Of a stretch of DNA of 64,000 bases, positions 26,461 through 39,255 are shown piece by piece. The DNA is taken from NCBI RefSeq assembly GCF_009834535.1, contig NC_045697.1, forward strand, positions 33,668,001-33,732,000, in the 5' to 3' direction. How positions within the stretch are numbered: position 1 is the first letter of the stretch; each line of letters begins with the position of its first letter. The notes beneath the pieces are model-generated. The model saw nothing but the letters and a program-made list of their open reading frames with translations, did not search any database and was not told the origin of the DNA. The position numbers were made by a program, and so were the translations under genes. This stretch comes from Camelus ferus. Taxonomy: Eukaryota.

Positions 26461-29400
26461 ACAATAGGTAAAATAAGTAAATAAATAAAACTTAGGGGTA
26501 TAAGATTTATCAATGTATATTTTTTAATATCACATTTGTTCTTGAAATATTAGCTTTGGAGTTTTGGGTGTATGGCTCAAAAACAATAGTAATTAATATG
26601 TAAACTTAAAACTGGCCCTATACCCATGATATTTAAATACAAGACATTCCCAGATTCTAGAATAGGTATCTCCCATAACATTGTGTTCTTAGAAACCAGA
26701 ACTGAATGTTACCTAAAGGGAGAAGAGGGCCTGGAAATTTTCTTGGTTTCAGTTTCATCAGGATGCTTGTCAGTTTGTGTGAGTAGCACAGATTCCAGAA
26801 AACTTTTATTAATACATTAATTCTGACACTTTGAATTTATCGTATCTGCGAGCAAAACACACTTAGCTTACTGTTGCCTCTCTTAAACAATGACATTTGA
26901 GATATTTCCACTATTCAGAAAAGTTTAAAAGTCTGCATTCAGGATCACCAGATTTTGTTTGAAGTACAATTTCTTTCCTCTGCAACATATTTAAAAAATC
27001 TCTTCATTTCCATTCCCTCCTTTAACTCCCAGTTCCTGGCGCTCCGGTACAGCTGGAAGTGGAGACTCTCTTATGAAACAAGGCCTCCTGTCTCCAGGAA
27101 GCAGATATTTTCAATCCTATTCCACAGTGGCTCCTCGCACTGCCTCTTGTGATGGAATTGCTAAATTGGTGAAACCTGCCTCTCAAGGAGGGCTTTTCTT
27201 ATTTCATTAGTTTCGGCTGGAAAAATCACTCTCAACAGATTCCTGAACTGAAGCTACCACTGACGCTCCTGCAGCCTGAGCCCCTAGGAGCCCACTGAGA
27301 ACTAATACTGCTTCTATAAGCTCTTGTAGACAGTGTCTTTCATCACTGAACTGTTCAGACCTTGAGTAGCATTTTCTCCTGCTACATATTTTTCTGCAGC
27401 AATGAAATGTGCCTCTAGTTTTTATTTTCTTCTACCCTTCTCCTACATCTTTCAGAAAATTTTAATTTTTTAAGCATTCAATCTGTTTAGGAAGTTGAGT
27501 TTCTTATTAATTTGGTCTCTTCTCCAAAACAGAGTTATTATCCCTGCTTGTTGGAAATAAATACTTGCCTTCCTTTTCATCTTTTCTAGACATCAGGGGT
27601 TTTGGGGGTTTTTTTCCCCCCTAATTTTTCCCTCTATTTCTTGAATTCCAGAAATCATTCCTACCATCAATGATGAAATCACTAAATTCTGAGTTTACTA
27701 AAAGTATCTACTATTTAAACAAATCTCTCCTCCTCCACTTCCCTGAGATGGATAATTCCACATTTCTCCCGTCAGACAGGCATTAAGTCCCTTCAAGCTT
27801 AAACTGAACTTATGATCTCACCTTGCTCCTTTCAGTATGCTTTATCTTGCTGAGACTTGTCTTGAGTCCTAATGTTTGGGCACGTTCCTTAAGCATAAAC
27901 TATATACCTCTCTACAAACCTACAAGGACTATATTACCTGAAAAATCACCTAATGATACTTGTGTATTCTACAGATCTTCCTAGTATTCCTCAATCTTTA
28001 AAATGCTGTTCTAGTTCATTTTACATCATTCCTCATCTGTGACCTCTCAATAGTTTCCTGTTTCTTGACTCTCTTTGAGGTAGTCATTCCCTTTGAGATC
28101 TTGCCTCTTTCTGATTAATTTGGGACCTGGGACCCTATTTCAATCTAATAACAACTAAACACCTCTCTTTTCCAATACTCTGTTGTATAGCATTTAGATC
28201 CCCTTGAATCTCCACTACTCTCTTATGTCTACTTGAACTTCAAAGGGTTATTTTCCATGTCACCTTTGTGATTTCATCCCCTAATTTCTCAAGTTTTCTT
28301 CTAAAAAAGTTTTATTTTCCTCCAGCCTATTTTTTTCCTTTGTTTCTATTTTCCCATTGTTCTATATTAAGCTGAAGCACAAGTTTTAAATTACTCTAAT
28401 ACCTTAAACTCCTAAGCAAAATCAATTATTAGAACCAGAGCATTCCAAACACAAGCCTTTCCGACTTGCTTTCCTACCAACTGTTTTTGCAATAATTTTT
28501 TTGAGTTATTTCTCATTCTAAATTAAAGATGAAAGTATATGCTCTTAATAGTAAGGGTAAATTTGATATCCATTATCCATTTGATCATGGATGGAGTCAC
28601 AGTTTGAATCTGGGCAGTGAACAGTCACCGTCAGAACATATGAAATTATCAAATTCAGAGCCACCTGAGATCAAGAGGAAGGAGCAACTTTTAAAGGTAC
28701 AAACAAGTCACATGACTCTGAGATTTGTCCCTCCAACATTTTCTCTTGACTCTGAAGGGGAATCAAAACAATTTCAAAGATAATCAGAATTTCAGCAGAC
28801 TTTCTCTGCCAACAACCTAAACCTGGCACTAAATATGTCCTGCAGGTACTGCTGGAGACAGCGGAAACACTTTGAGACCTAAAAAAGGCTGGTACATGAA
28901 AAGAGTCTCTAGAATCAAAACCTTGAGACTCAGATAAGGCTACTTAGAAAAAAAATCACGTATGCAGAGTTTAAGGTCCAGCAGCAGCAACTATTTGGCT
29001 ACGACACATTTAATAAGGAAGACTCAGCAGTCCTGGTCAGAGTCTGCTTGCTCAAAGCTTGCCTGCCTTTGCTGACAGCCCAAAGCACACAGACTAGCGT
29101 CTATAAAAACGGGCGTTTGTTCATACAAAAATAGCCACTCTCCTATGGACGAAACTGCCATAAGCTGCAACAACCCACTACAGCTGAAAATACGTGGTCA
29201 GGCCTAGACCAATACTGTCAAAGCTTCACAGCTTTCACTTTAGCCACGCCAGAAGCTTTACTCCACAAACACTCCACGACAGGAACGAAACGAAAGGAAT
29301 TCCGCTTTTTCGTTTTCCCTTTATTCTCTATTTGCTAGATGTCTGGGTGTGAGGAGGGTCCCATAAGTAACATCTCTCTTTTCCCCTGAGAGAAATACAA

Positions 29401-29520
29401 CAAGAAAAGGAGCAGGAAAACAAAAAACAATTTCCTCTGAACCGCTAGAGAAGATACGGGAGGCTGTGGCTTATAACTGCAGGTTTACTGACACTGAGAT
29501 CCAGAACTAGACAGACTTAC

Positions 29521-29630
29521 CAACCACGGCACAAACCGCCTCCAACGGAAGGTGACGCAGAGGCAAATTCGGCGCCGTCACCTTCACAGCCCGGCAGGCG
29601 GAGTCAAGTGGGCACTTCCTAGGGAATAGC
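29521..29630 (-). other. COX7B2: Probable non-coding exon 1 of COX7B2 (TSS approximate)
   Basis: Most CpG-dense non-repeat segment of the window. Consensus minus-strand donor TTG|GTAAGT (plus acttac 29515-29520). Position ~19 kb downstream of the GABRA4 stop on the same strand fits the recalled mammalian gene order. No COX7B2 coding sequence is present, so the identity is a synteny inference. Confidence 0.65.
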
Positions 29631-29820
29631 TCCTCCCTAAGCGGAAAGGAAGGGGCGGGTCACGCACGGGGGCCGTCCTCTTTCTGAATTAGCCAATCAG
29701 ATAACGGACTGCCGCCTCCACGGGAAGAAGTGAGAAGACAGAGAAGCGGTAGGCGTGTTGTTCTTATGTGTTCCCCCACAGTGAAGGAAACAGATTTGGG
29801 AGTAAGTGTTCCGTTAATAT
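29540..29820. promoter_or_regulatory. Small CpG-rich promoter with GC box, CCAAT box, CRE half-sites and MYB-type sites
   Basis: GGGGCGGG 29652-29659; AGCCAATCAG 29691-29700; TGACG 29553-29557 and CGTCA 29576-29580; CAACGG 29543-29548, TAACGG 29702-29707, CCGTTA 29811-29816. Confidence 0.7.
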
Positions 29821-29895
29821 AATGCATAGTCTCTGATCTTTACCTTCCTTGTCACAGCAAACTTTTGGCAAACTCTGTTTTGTTCTCTCTGTTAC

Positions 29896-30060
29896 ATCTT
29901 TTTTCTTTTTTCTTTTTTTCTTTTTTCCTTTTTTCTCTTTTTTCTTTTTTCCTTTTTTCTTCTTTTTTTTTCTTTATTTCTCTCTCTTTTTTTCTTTCCT
30001 ACTGAAGTATAGTCAGTTACAATGTGTTAATTTCTGGTGTACTGCATAATGTCCCAGTCA

Positions 30061-30115
<55 letters not shown>

Positions 30116-30315
30116 GTGTGTATTCATTTTCATATTATTTCTAATTAAAGGTTATTACAAGATACTGAATATAGTTCCTATATACAGTGGTTAACATTTG
30201 CATATCTCAAACTCCCAGATTTATCCTTTCCCACCCCCTTTCCCCTGGTAACTATGAGATTGTTTACTATGTGAGTCTGTTTCTGTTTTGTAGATGAGTT
30301 CATTAGTGTCCTCTG
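29896..30315 (-). mobile_element. LINE-1 3' end with T-rich tail and internal (TG)n(TA)n microsatellite
   Basis: T/C-rich tail 29896-30000, then tgaagtatagtcagttacaatgtgttaatttctggtgta, the reverse complement of the L1 terminus at 15184. Confidence 0.85.
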
Positions 30316-31645
30316 TCTTAATCCCACTTGGTCACAAGGGAGCTTTGAGATTGCCTGAAACCACAGAGGAAGCTACAAGTCTTGTAGTGTATCTGACTTC
30401 TCCTAAGCATGCCAGGTTGTTAATTATGGTAACCATAGAATGTTTTCCAAACTGGGATCCTTGAAAGTGAAAGGGAGCCATAAAATTTATTAAAATTGTA
30501 AGTTTTTGAGATTTTATATTGGTGGATTTATAAAAAGCGTAATTCAAAATTCATTTTGTAAAATAAAATTATATAAAATTAAAATAACTATATTTAGGCA
30601 AAAACTTTAAAATGTCTTCATAATGATAAATGAACATTAAAAATAACATAGAATGATCATTCTTGGCACATGTTGATGTATTTTAAACAATGTTTTGGCC
30701 TTAATTGTCTGTAATAATGGGTCACAATATTTTTCTGAATTTTTTAATATGGTATTATTGTTTTTAATTTTTTAATTGCCCAGAGTCTTCTCAAATATGT
30801 ATTTTATGGTTGATATATGGGAAAATTTGATACCTTCCCTTCACTGTTAACTGTAGATAATATTTTAAATTAAGAAAATAAACACAGAAATTATGCTCAA
30901 CAGACAATCTCATTTCTATTTTTATTTTAAAATATGTAAATTTTCAACATAAATATTGTCTCATGTACTGTCTTTTTGCCTCTACTCAGGGTAACAATCT
31001 TCAGCAAACATGTGTATGACACCACATCATAAAATAAGTTTTCCATTATTTATGACTCTTTTGAAGGTTTTGCCAGATTTAGACCCTACAAATTGGAAAG
31101 CCTTTCCATTTCTCTAAGAATGTGAATTTCTTCTGTTATAATAGGAGCTCCATCAAAAGAGTCTTCATATGGGTTAAAATATTCCAAAGTACAATTATAT
31201 AATTTCAAAATTAAATCTTAAATTATACATTGTTTAAAACCCAAACTTGCTTCGGTTGTTCCTTGATGTTGTAGAGGTAAATTTAAATGTCTTCCTTGTG
31301 TCACAAGCTTTTTTTCAATAACTGCAATATACAAAATCTTTAAAATCTGAATTTTATTAGCACAATTTTTGAGTTAATTAAAGATCTCTGATTTTTAAAA
31401 TAACGCAACAAAATTTTGTAAGTTTTGTTTATAAGAAATTCATTAGCTTTGTAAACCATTTAACTTTGTTTACAAAGTTTATTTTTAGAGAATATAATAT
31501 TTATAAAATCCTATTTAGGAGCAACCAAAGAGTGAGAATATAGACTATTATGTTTGAGTCTTTTTGTTTTCCTTTTTTTGGGGGGGTACTCAATTCTAGT
31601 TTTATCACAAAAAGTTTTGCAGTTTGCTTCGTCAATTGTTATGTA

Positions 31646-31978
31646 CAGTGGCATGTTGGTATCCATGGGGAATTGGTTCCGTGACACCCCTCTTCCTGCC
31701 TGCAGCCCCCATGATACTAAATTCAATGCATGCTCAAGTTCCTTTTATAAAATGCATAGTATGTGCATATAATCTATGCACATTTTGCCATATACTTTAA
31801 ATCATCTCTAGATTACTTATAATATCTAACACAATGTAAATGCTATGTAAATAGCTGCCTGTGCACTGCAAGTTTAAGTTTTGCTTTTTGGAAACTTCTG
31901 GAATTTTTTTCAAATATTTTCAGTCTGTGGTTGGTTGAATCTGCTGATGTGAAACTCGCAGATACTGATGGCTAACTA
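31646..31978. mobile_element. MER2 (TcMar-Tigger non-autonomous element)
   Basis: ggtatccatggggaattggttcc ... tatactttaaatcatctctagattacttataatatctaacacaatgtaaatgctatgtaaatag ... gttggttgaatc matches recalled MER2; TA on both sides. Confidence 0.9.
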
Positions 31979-31982
31979 TATA

Positions 31983-32456
31983 CAGGCTTTACCTCAGAGA
32001 TATTGTAGGTTCAGTTCCAGACCACTATATAAGCAAATATTGAAATAAATGACATCTCACAAGTTTTTTGGTTTCCCAGTGCATATGTTTTGTTTACACT
32101 ATACTGTAATCTCTTTAATGTGCAATAGCATTATAGCTAAAAAACCAGTGTATATACTTTTATTAAAAAATACATTATTGCTAAAAAATGCTAACCATCA
32201 TCTGAGACTTCAGCACGTCATAGTAATAACATCAAAGATCGCTGATCACCATAACAATTATAATAAAATGAAAAAGTTTGAAATATTCCAAGAATTACCA
32301 AAAGGTGACACAAAGACATGAAGTGATCAAATGCTTTTGGAAAAATGGCTTTAATAGACTTGCCCAAAGAAAAGTTGCCACAAACCCTCAATTTGTAACA
32401 AATAAAGTATCTGCAAAATGTAATGAAGTGAAGCACAATGAAACAAGGTATGTCTA
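31983..32456 (-). mobile_element. Internally deleted Tigger1 derivative (Tigger1a-like)
   Basis: Both Tigger1 termini (caggctttacctcagagatattg... and ...aaacaaggtatgtcta) are joined without transposase; TA on both sides. Confidence 0.88.
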
Positions 32457-35400
32457 TATGTGACAATATTTGTAAAGTTTGACAATTACAGCTTATAAGT
32501 CAATTGCACTTTGGATGCATTTGTGAATTTTGTGCACATCACAGCCAGTTCTGAGGATATAGTTATTCCATACATTTCTCAATAAGAATTTGTATTTTTG
32601 ACTATAACCCTGTGCCCTGCCCAATTTAAATTCATATTACTGCAAATAATTTTATTTTAAATACAATCCTTTTAACTTAATATAAAATAACATTCACAAA
32701 AATAGCAGACATTTTACTTTTGAATAATGAATTTTCAAGTTTTAATATGATTCCATGAACTGAACAGGTTAAAAAAAAAAGCATTGGAAGTTGTTTAACT
32801 TATTTTCTACTTGAAGCATCTGATAGCAGTGATATAAAACTGGCCTTATGTGGCAGCCAATGTTTCAACCTACAGGCACTAGAAAATTTGGGATTAAAAG
32901 TAAGAAAAACTAAGTAGATGAATAGTCGTTTACTCTATTAGGAAATGTCTATTTTGCAATGTTAGATGTACAGGTACCTTCTGCAGCCATGTATGTGTTA
33001 ATTTCTTATCTTCCAGCACAGTTGTCTTAAAATAACTGCTGTTCTTTGAAGTAGATGCTGATGATTCTTCTGCAAGTCCGTGTCTTCTGGTTTTCACAGT
33101 GCTATCACTAATGTTCTCATGGTGGATGAGAGATAGTGACATATCTTGTGCACTTTACATATTATTTATCAACTTTCTTTAGAACAGAAATTTAGTATTT
33201 AAAATCTCTTTAAATATGCACTGTCCTTTTTTTTAAAGCTCATTGCTCATGAAAAGGCTTATTGCACAATTAAAATAAGTTTTACTAAGTAATACAATAT
33301 TTATGTATTTATAATACACAGTAAATGACAGAACAACTGTAGTCAAAACATTCAGACTACTGTGCATGAACTCAAGAGCAGCATGAACTAGCCTCAGTTG
33401 CCCAGGCAGATTTTGTGTACCCTTTTCTACAATGTTCCACTGAGCCCACTTTTTGGCATCTTAGGCCTGGAGGCCCTCTGCCTCTCAAAGGCTTATGCAT
33501 GAACCAGGACCCAACTGGACAGAAGGAGAACAGCAACAGATAGTTTGTTCAACATGACCTAAGGCCAGAAAGAGTTAGTTTCCTAGCTGTCCTGAGCCAC
33601 TAGTGTCCCAGACTACCTTGCTTTATTAGTGAATGTCTTAACATTACGTTCTTAATAAAAAGATGTTGGTTGTGTTGGGTCTGGAAAGATCAGGACCAAA
33701 GACAATCTACTGTTGATTGTCACTGAGTTTTGGCACTGTGTTAACATTGGAATTTTGTTTACAGGTTTCACACATTTCTAAATGAGATCATGGCAGAAGC
33801 CAGAAGAATAAGGTCTAACAAATCCTCTCTGACTTCCTTGAATACAAACATAAATACTGATTTTCAACAAAAATATAAAATCTTGGATAAACACTATATT
33901 GGAAAAGATGTCAAGAAATAGGATATACATTCTTTTGTGTGGCATGTTTCTGTGAGCCTGACACTTTCAGAACTCTCTAGATAAGGAGTGGAAGCAAGTC
34001 CACTTTGAGAAGATCTCTAACCCAACTACATATATTTTGTTTACTTCCTTCCCTTTACAGTTATTTCTAACTACATAGATTTTGTTTTGTTTGACCACAG
34101 AGCTTCATCTCAGAAGTGAGAAAGGGCACAGTGTGCTTACCTCTCTTTTTCCTCTCTCCCCTGTCTCTAAATATCGACCACCTCACACACTTCTCAGTTT
34201 AGATCCCACTCAGAAATCTACACTGGGGAGAAGGAGTGATGGGAACTCTCTAAAGAGACTTTTGTCAATTGCCAGTTTGATTCTTTTCTTTGTAAGGGAA
34301 TATGAGTAAGAAATAAGCTGGAGAGCTACGTGGAAAGCAATCAGAGTAAAAAGACAAGAGGTGCATGGCATAGGTCTTGGGGAGGCATTTATGGATACTT
34401 TTGGAGGCCAGGATATGGGAGTAATTGTGGAATATGGGGAAACGGATGGGATAAAAGGATTTTAAGAAGTGTTCATTTCCATTGTATGCATACACTTCAT
34501 GGTGTTTAAGAAATGCAAATGAATACATTAATTTACTTAGAAGTTGATTTTTGATCTCTGTGCTGTGATTCTGACTGCCATACTGCAATTGTATGAGTTC
34601 AATATGAATAAAAAAGGGAACAAACAATGGAATTTAGGAGAAAATGTAATAAAAGATGTCTTGATCAAGAAATGATTCAAGTTTAAAGCAATATCTAACA
34701 ATGTTAGCATTTAAAGGATGTGTTTAATCTATGACACTAAGTTATACAATCTTACAGCTTGAACATCCACATGATTTTTTGAGAGAGACTGCTTTCTGGC
34801 AAGTTTTTGTTTTTATTTTGTTTTTAAACCAGTGGTTTGCAGGTGATTTGACAGAACTGATATCTCCATTTATTTAGGTCATATGAATGGCTTGCTAAGT
34901 TTGTAGTACTGCACCTCAAAGACTAATTAAAAATTTTTCAATTTTTGCCACTTAAATGTTTCAAACTGCCACTTACTAGCTCAACTGCCAGCTCACTAAG
35001 GTCTGGAGTCAATTAGCTAAATAAAGGGACAGTTAAGGGGATGGTGTACTAGCAGCAGCAGGATATATCTCCACCGTCACACTCCCAAAGCTCAGAGTAC
35101 CTTTACTTAATTGTGCTGCCATTTTTAGCTAAGGTTTAGGAAGAAGCCACTCTGCCCTGGTAACTCTTTTCCCCGGAACCTGAATGACTTCTAAGTTTGA
35201 CACCCTGCCGAGAGCAACACATGTGACCCAGTTCTCTCACAATCTTGTTTCATGTGTTATAAATGTAGAGATATGTGTCCTCTATGGATTTTATTGAAGG
35301 ACACATGTTTCTTCCTCTATGTCATCCCCTCTGGATCTGTTTGACTATTAAGTAATGGCAATGCACACAACAGCACACCAAATGACACAGGTCAAAGGGC

Positions 35401-35609
35401 ATTGGTAATTTGGGTTATTTTTTCATAGGTTGAAATTGTGTACTGATTATAAAGCTAATTATCCAAATATCATGTTGCTGTTTTAAAAAATATTTATCAC
35501 AGTGTGGAGAATCTAGGGCAAATGGATCTAAATTCCACAGAGGTTATCAACTCCCAAGAAGGCATAAAAAGTTGGTCTTCATCAAATAGTCTGGTGAATA
35601 ATGTTAACA

Positions 35610-36105
35610 TACATGCCAGATTAGAGATGGCTACAGTTCTTTGACACTTCTTGAATCTGAGAGGACTCTATAACTATTTGGACCTAGAGAATACAGCACA
35701 AACACCATGGTTTGTGCCAGTTTGTAGGATGGACATTAATAGATTTGCTGCCTCCACTTCCTGTCTCTTGGAGCTTGCTCTGGGAAAAACTAGCTACCCT
35801 GAATGAAATCTGACTTATGAGGCTGCCACACCATGAGAAGGCACAAGGTAGCCACATACAGAGAGAAATCCTCAAATAGCCACCGTGCTCGCAGACCTCT
35901 CAGTCTGGGCATCAGGCCTGGGAGTGGAAAAACATTCCGATGACCCCATCTTCACCTGCTATTTGACTGCAAGTGCAGGAGAGACTCGGAGAGACTCCAA
36001 GGGACAGCCACTCAGTTGAGCCTAGAGAGCAACAAGGAAAAATAATAAATTGTTTCAAGCCACCAACTGTTGGGGAAGTTTGTTAAGCCCCAACAGATAA
36101 CTGGT
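35610..36105 (+). mobile_element. MaLR solo LTR (older MLT1 subfamily)
   Basis: cttcctgtctcttggagc ... aataataaattgtttcaagccaccaactgttggggaagtttgtt...cagataactg. Confidence 0.7.
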
Positions 36106-37884
36106 TTAAAACCCAACATTTTTTGAGCATTTAACTATGAGCCAGAGACTTTTCAAAACATAGTCACATGAATCAACTCATTTAAACATCAGGACCACTC
36201 GAGATAATTATCCTTATGTCCTAGAGTCCCTGGACCACCACTACATTAACCTACCTCTAGGTAGTATATTGTCATGTTATGTATCTCAGTTTGCAGTCTC
36301 CAATTTACAATATTGTGTGTGTGTGTTTGTGTGTGTGTGTGCCTGTGTAATAATTTGCGCCAACATTCATTGAACTTACTGAAAATATTTTCAGCTTCAT
36401 CATATTAGATGGCAAGACGTATATAAACTATGAAGACACTATAAAGATTAAATTTAAAAGTAAAATCAACACTATTGATATACAAATATATCAATATCAT
36501 GTACATATTTTCCATTACTTACATAGTACCAGACATGCTTCTTGCCTCAAATGAGAAAAATGAATAAGAATAACTTGTATATAAGATTCCATCCAGACAT
36601 ACATCATGTAGTCTTAAGAGTAACATCGAAACAAAGTAAAATAAAATACTAGATCACATGTCTTCTGTTCTTGAAGTATTTATAGCCAGGGGTAATTAGA
36701 ATTCCCAAAGAGGAAGGCATGTTGTTACAAGGAATGAAACAAACCACTTTTTAAATTAAAAGTGTTAATTTTGCTTTTATATACCTTATATCCTCAGTAT
36801 TTCTGCTCTATTCTATTTTCATTTCCACAGCTTCTTTTCTATCTTTAAATTATTCCTGCATAATAATATAAAGATCAATTTGTATTCTAAGGAAGTCACG
36901 TCTTACCAATCAGGTAGGAGAAATGACCGACTTAGTTTTGCATTTATATCTACCAAACCAACAATACTCAATACAAGTAGCTAGATCAGGAACTATTTGA
37001 CTTTATCCACACCACTAGATATCTATGTTTCTGTGCAAACAACTCAGAAATAAGAACAGCAACAAGCTGGAATATGTATTACGTTATATTAGTTGAAAAA
37101 GACTCTTCTCATTCTGTCTTCTCCATTATCTGAACTTATTTCTGTAGCCTAAGGTTAACTTTAAATTATATAAGATTTGAAAACTGATCTAAAAGTGGGG
37201 AAATGACATCCCTGCTTTGTAAAGTATTTCATTTCATTCTGCTCCTGGCCAACTTTAAAAACTATTGTGGAACTTCTTTCAAAATATTTCTTGCCACTGT
37301 TTCTGATTTTTCCTCACTCTCTTACCTCCTTGATACTACCTTTTTCATCTTAATTTCACTATACGAATGAGTTTGGTACATGCTAGCATGCCAGGCACAA
37401 TGCACTAAAGTAAGGTTTTCATAAAAAGGCAATGGAATGTCAATGTTCAATTTCTGAAACCAGTGGAACCAGTTCTATCCTACAGCTACTTATCAGAGCA
37501 CTCATTTCAGAACAGTTTGTATTGTCTGAGTAAGGCATGTTTTTAGCTCAAAGCATGATTATTGTCAAAGAATCACTTTGACAATTAATGACATTTTGAC
37601 ACTAAATGAGCTCTTAAATGGCAAACAAAAATTCTCAGGGGGCATAAAAAGTTTTCAGCCGTGATATGGGTATGAAACTGATCCTTTTTATTTTCTATTT
37701 ATCTTCTTTTACCAAGTGACAGGTGGCAAAAAAACAGTCAAGAAAGTAAAGCTATATTTATTATTTAACAAAAATATACAACCTGACAACAACTTTGAAA
37801 TATATAGGTCTGAATCACCTCCAAAATGCTATCAACTGTCAGTTATGATTATAGAGCCGTGGTAATATCTTTAGTTGACAGCAT

Positions 37885-38293
37885 TACAGATGGCCAATAG
37901 GCACATGAAAAAATACTCAATATCGCTAATTATCTGAAAAATGCAAATCAAAACTACAACAAAGTATTGCCTCACATCAGTCAGAATAGCCATCATTAAA
38001 AGGTTCACAAATGATAAATGCTGGAGACGGTGTGGAAAAAAGGGGACCCTCCTACACTGTTGGTGGGAATGTCGTTTAGTGCAGCTATTATGAAAAACAG
38101 TATGGAGATTTCTTAAAAAAAACCTGAAAGCAGACTTACCCTATGATCCAGCAATCCCACTCCTGGCATATATCTGGTGGAAACTGTAATTTGAAAAGAT
38201 ACATTCATCCTAGTGTTCATAGCAGGACTGTTTACAATAGCCAAGACATGGAAACAACCTGAAAGTCCATCAACAGATGACTGGATAAAAAAG

Positions 38294-38348
<55 letters not shown>

Positions 38349-39255
38349 ATGAAATACTACTCAGCCATAAAAAAGAATAAAATAATGTCATTTGCAGCAA
38401 CATGGATGGACCTGTAGATCATCAAACTAAGTGAAGTAAGTCAGACAGAGAAAGAAAAATGCCATATGGTATCACTTATATGTGGAATCAAAAAAAAAAA
38501 AAGGATACAAATAAAGTTATTTACAAAACAGAGACAGACTCACAGAAGTAGAAAACAAACTTACAGTTACCAGGAGGGAAGGAGGAAAGGGAGGGATAAA
38601 TTAGGAGTTTGGGATTAGCAGATACAAACTACTGTATATAAAATAGATAAACAAGGTCCTACTGTATTGCACAGGGAACTATATTCAATACCTTGTCATG
38701 GCTTATAATGAAAAAGAATATGAAAAGGAATATATACATGTATATATCTTTTTATGGTGACATATCATAACCAACAACTTATCATGGTGATCATTTTGAA
38801 ATGTTTAAAAATACTGAATCACTATGTTGTATAACAGGAACTAACATAATCTTGTAGGTAAATTATACTTAAACAAAAAAAGAGATAAATTTGTGGTTAC
38901 CAGAGGTGGGGGGTATGGGTGGAGGGGGAATTGAATGGAAGCAGTCAAAAGGTGCAAACTGGGGACATGATAAGATAAATACATACTAGGGATGTAATGT
39001 AAGACATGATAAAGATAATTAACACTGCTTGTGTTATAGTTAAAAGCTGTTAAGAGAGTAAATCCTGAGAGTTCTCATCACAAGGGAAAATTGTTTTTCT
39101 ATTTTTTTAGTTTAGTATCTCTATGAGATGATGGATGTTCACTAAAGTTATTGTCATAATCATTTCATGATGTAGGTAAGTCAAACCATTATACTGCATG
39201 CCTTAAACTTATACACCACTCTATGTCAATTACATCTCAGTAAAACTGGGGGAAG
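37885..39255 (+). mobile_element. LINE-1 3' portion(s) (ORF2 end plus 3'UTR) containing a long (CA)n
   Basis: acagatggccaataggcacatgaaaaaatactc, gatccagcaatcccactcctgg, and terminal gtcaattacatctcagtaaaactggggg. (CA)n at 38296-38346. May be two adjacent L1 fragments joined near 38755. Confidence 0.9.

Larger units (their letters stand above)
30425..33585 (-). mobile_element. Near-full-length hAT DNA transposon fossil (Blackjack-like) with decayed transposase
   Basis: Minus-strand translations: IHHENISDSTVKTRRH (BED-finger-like), AAEGT, FISLLSDASSRK (catalytic-Asp-like, 32820-32818), GCDVHKIHKCIQ (CxxH, ~32545-32510), AVIVKLYKY and LYNCTLEYFNPYEDSFDGAPI (~31203-31140). The left end tatggtaaccatag...tccaaactggga resembles Blackjack/MER94 termini; the right end is approximate. 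Confidence 0.75.

Noticed and set aside
29849..30049. Phe-rich 66-aa ORF
   Set aside because: Translation of the T-rich tail of an inverted L1.
32930..33142. 70-aa ORF as a small gene, possibly COX7B2 by size and position
   Set aside because: No resemblance to COX7B proteins; it is a decayed N-terminal piece of the hAT transposase.
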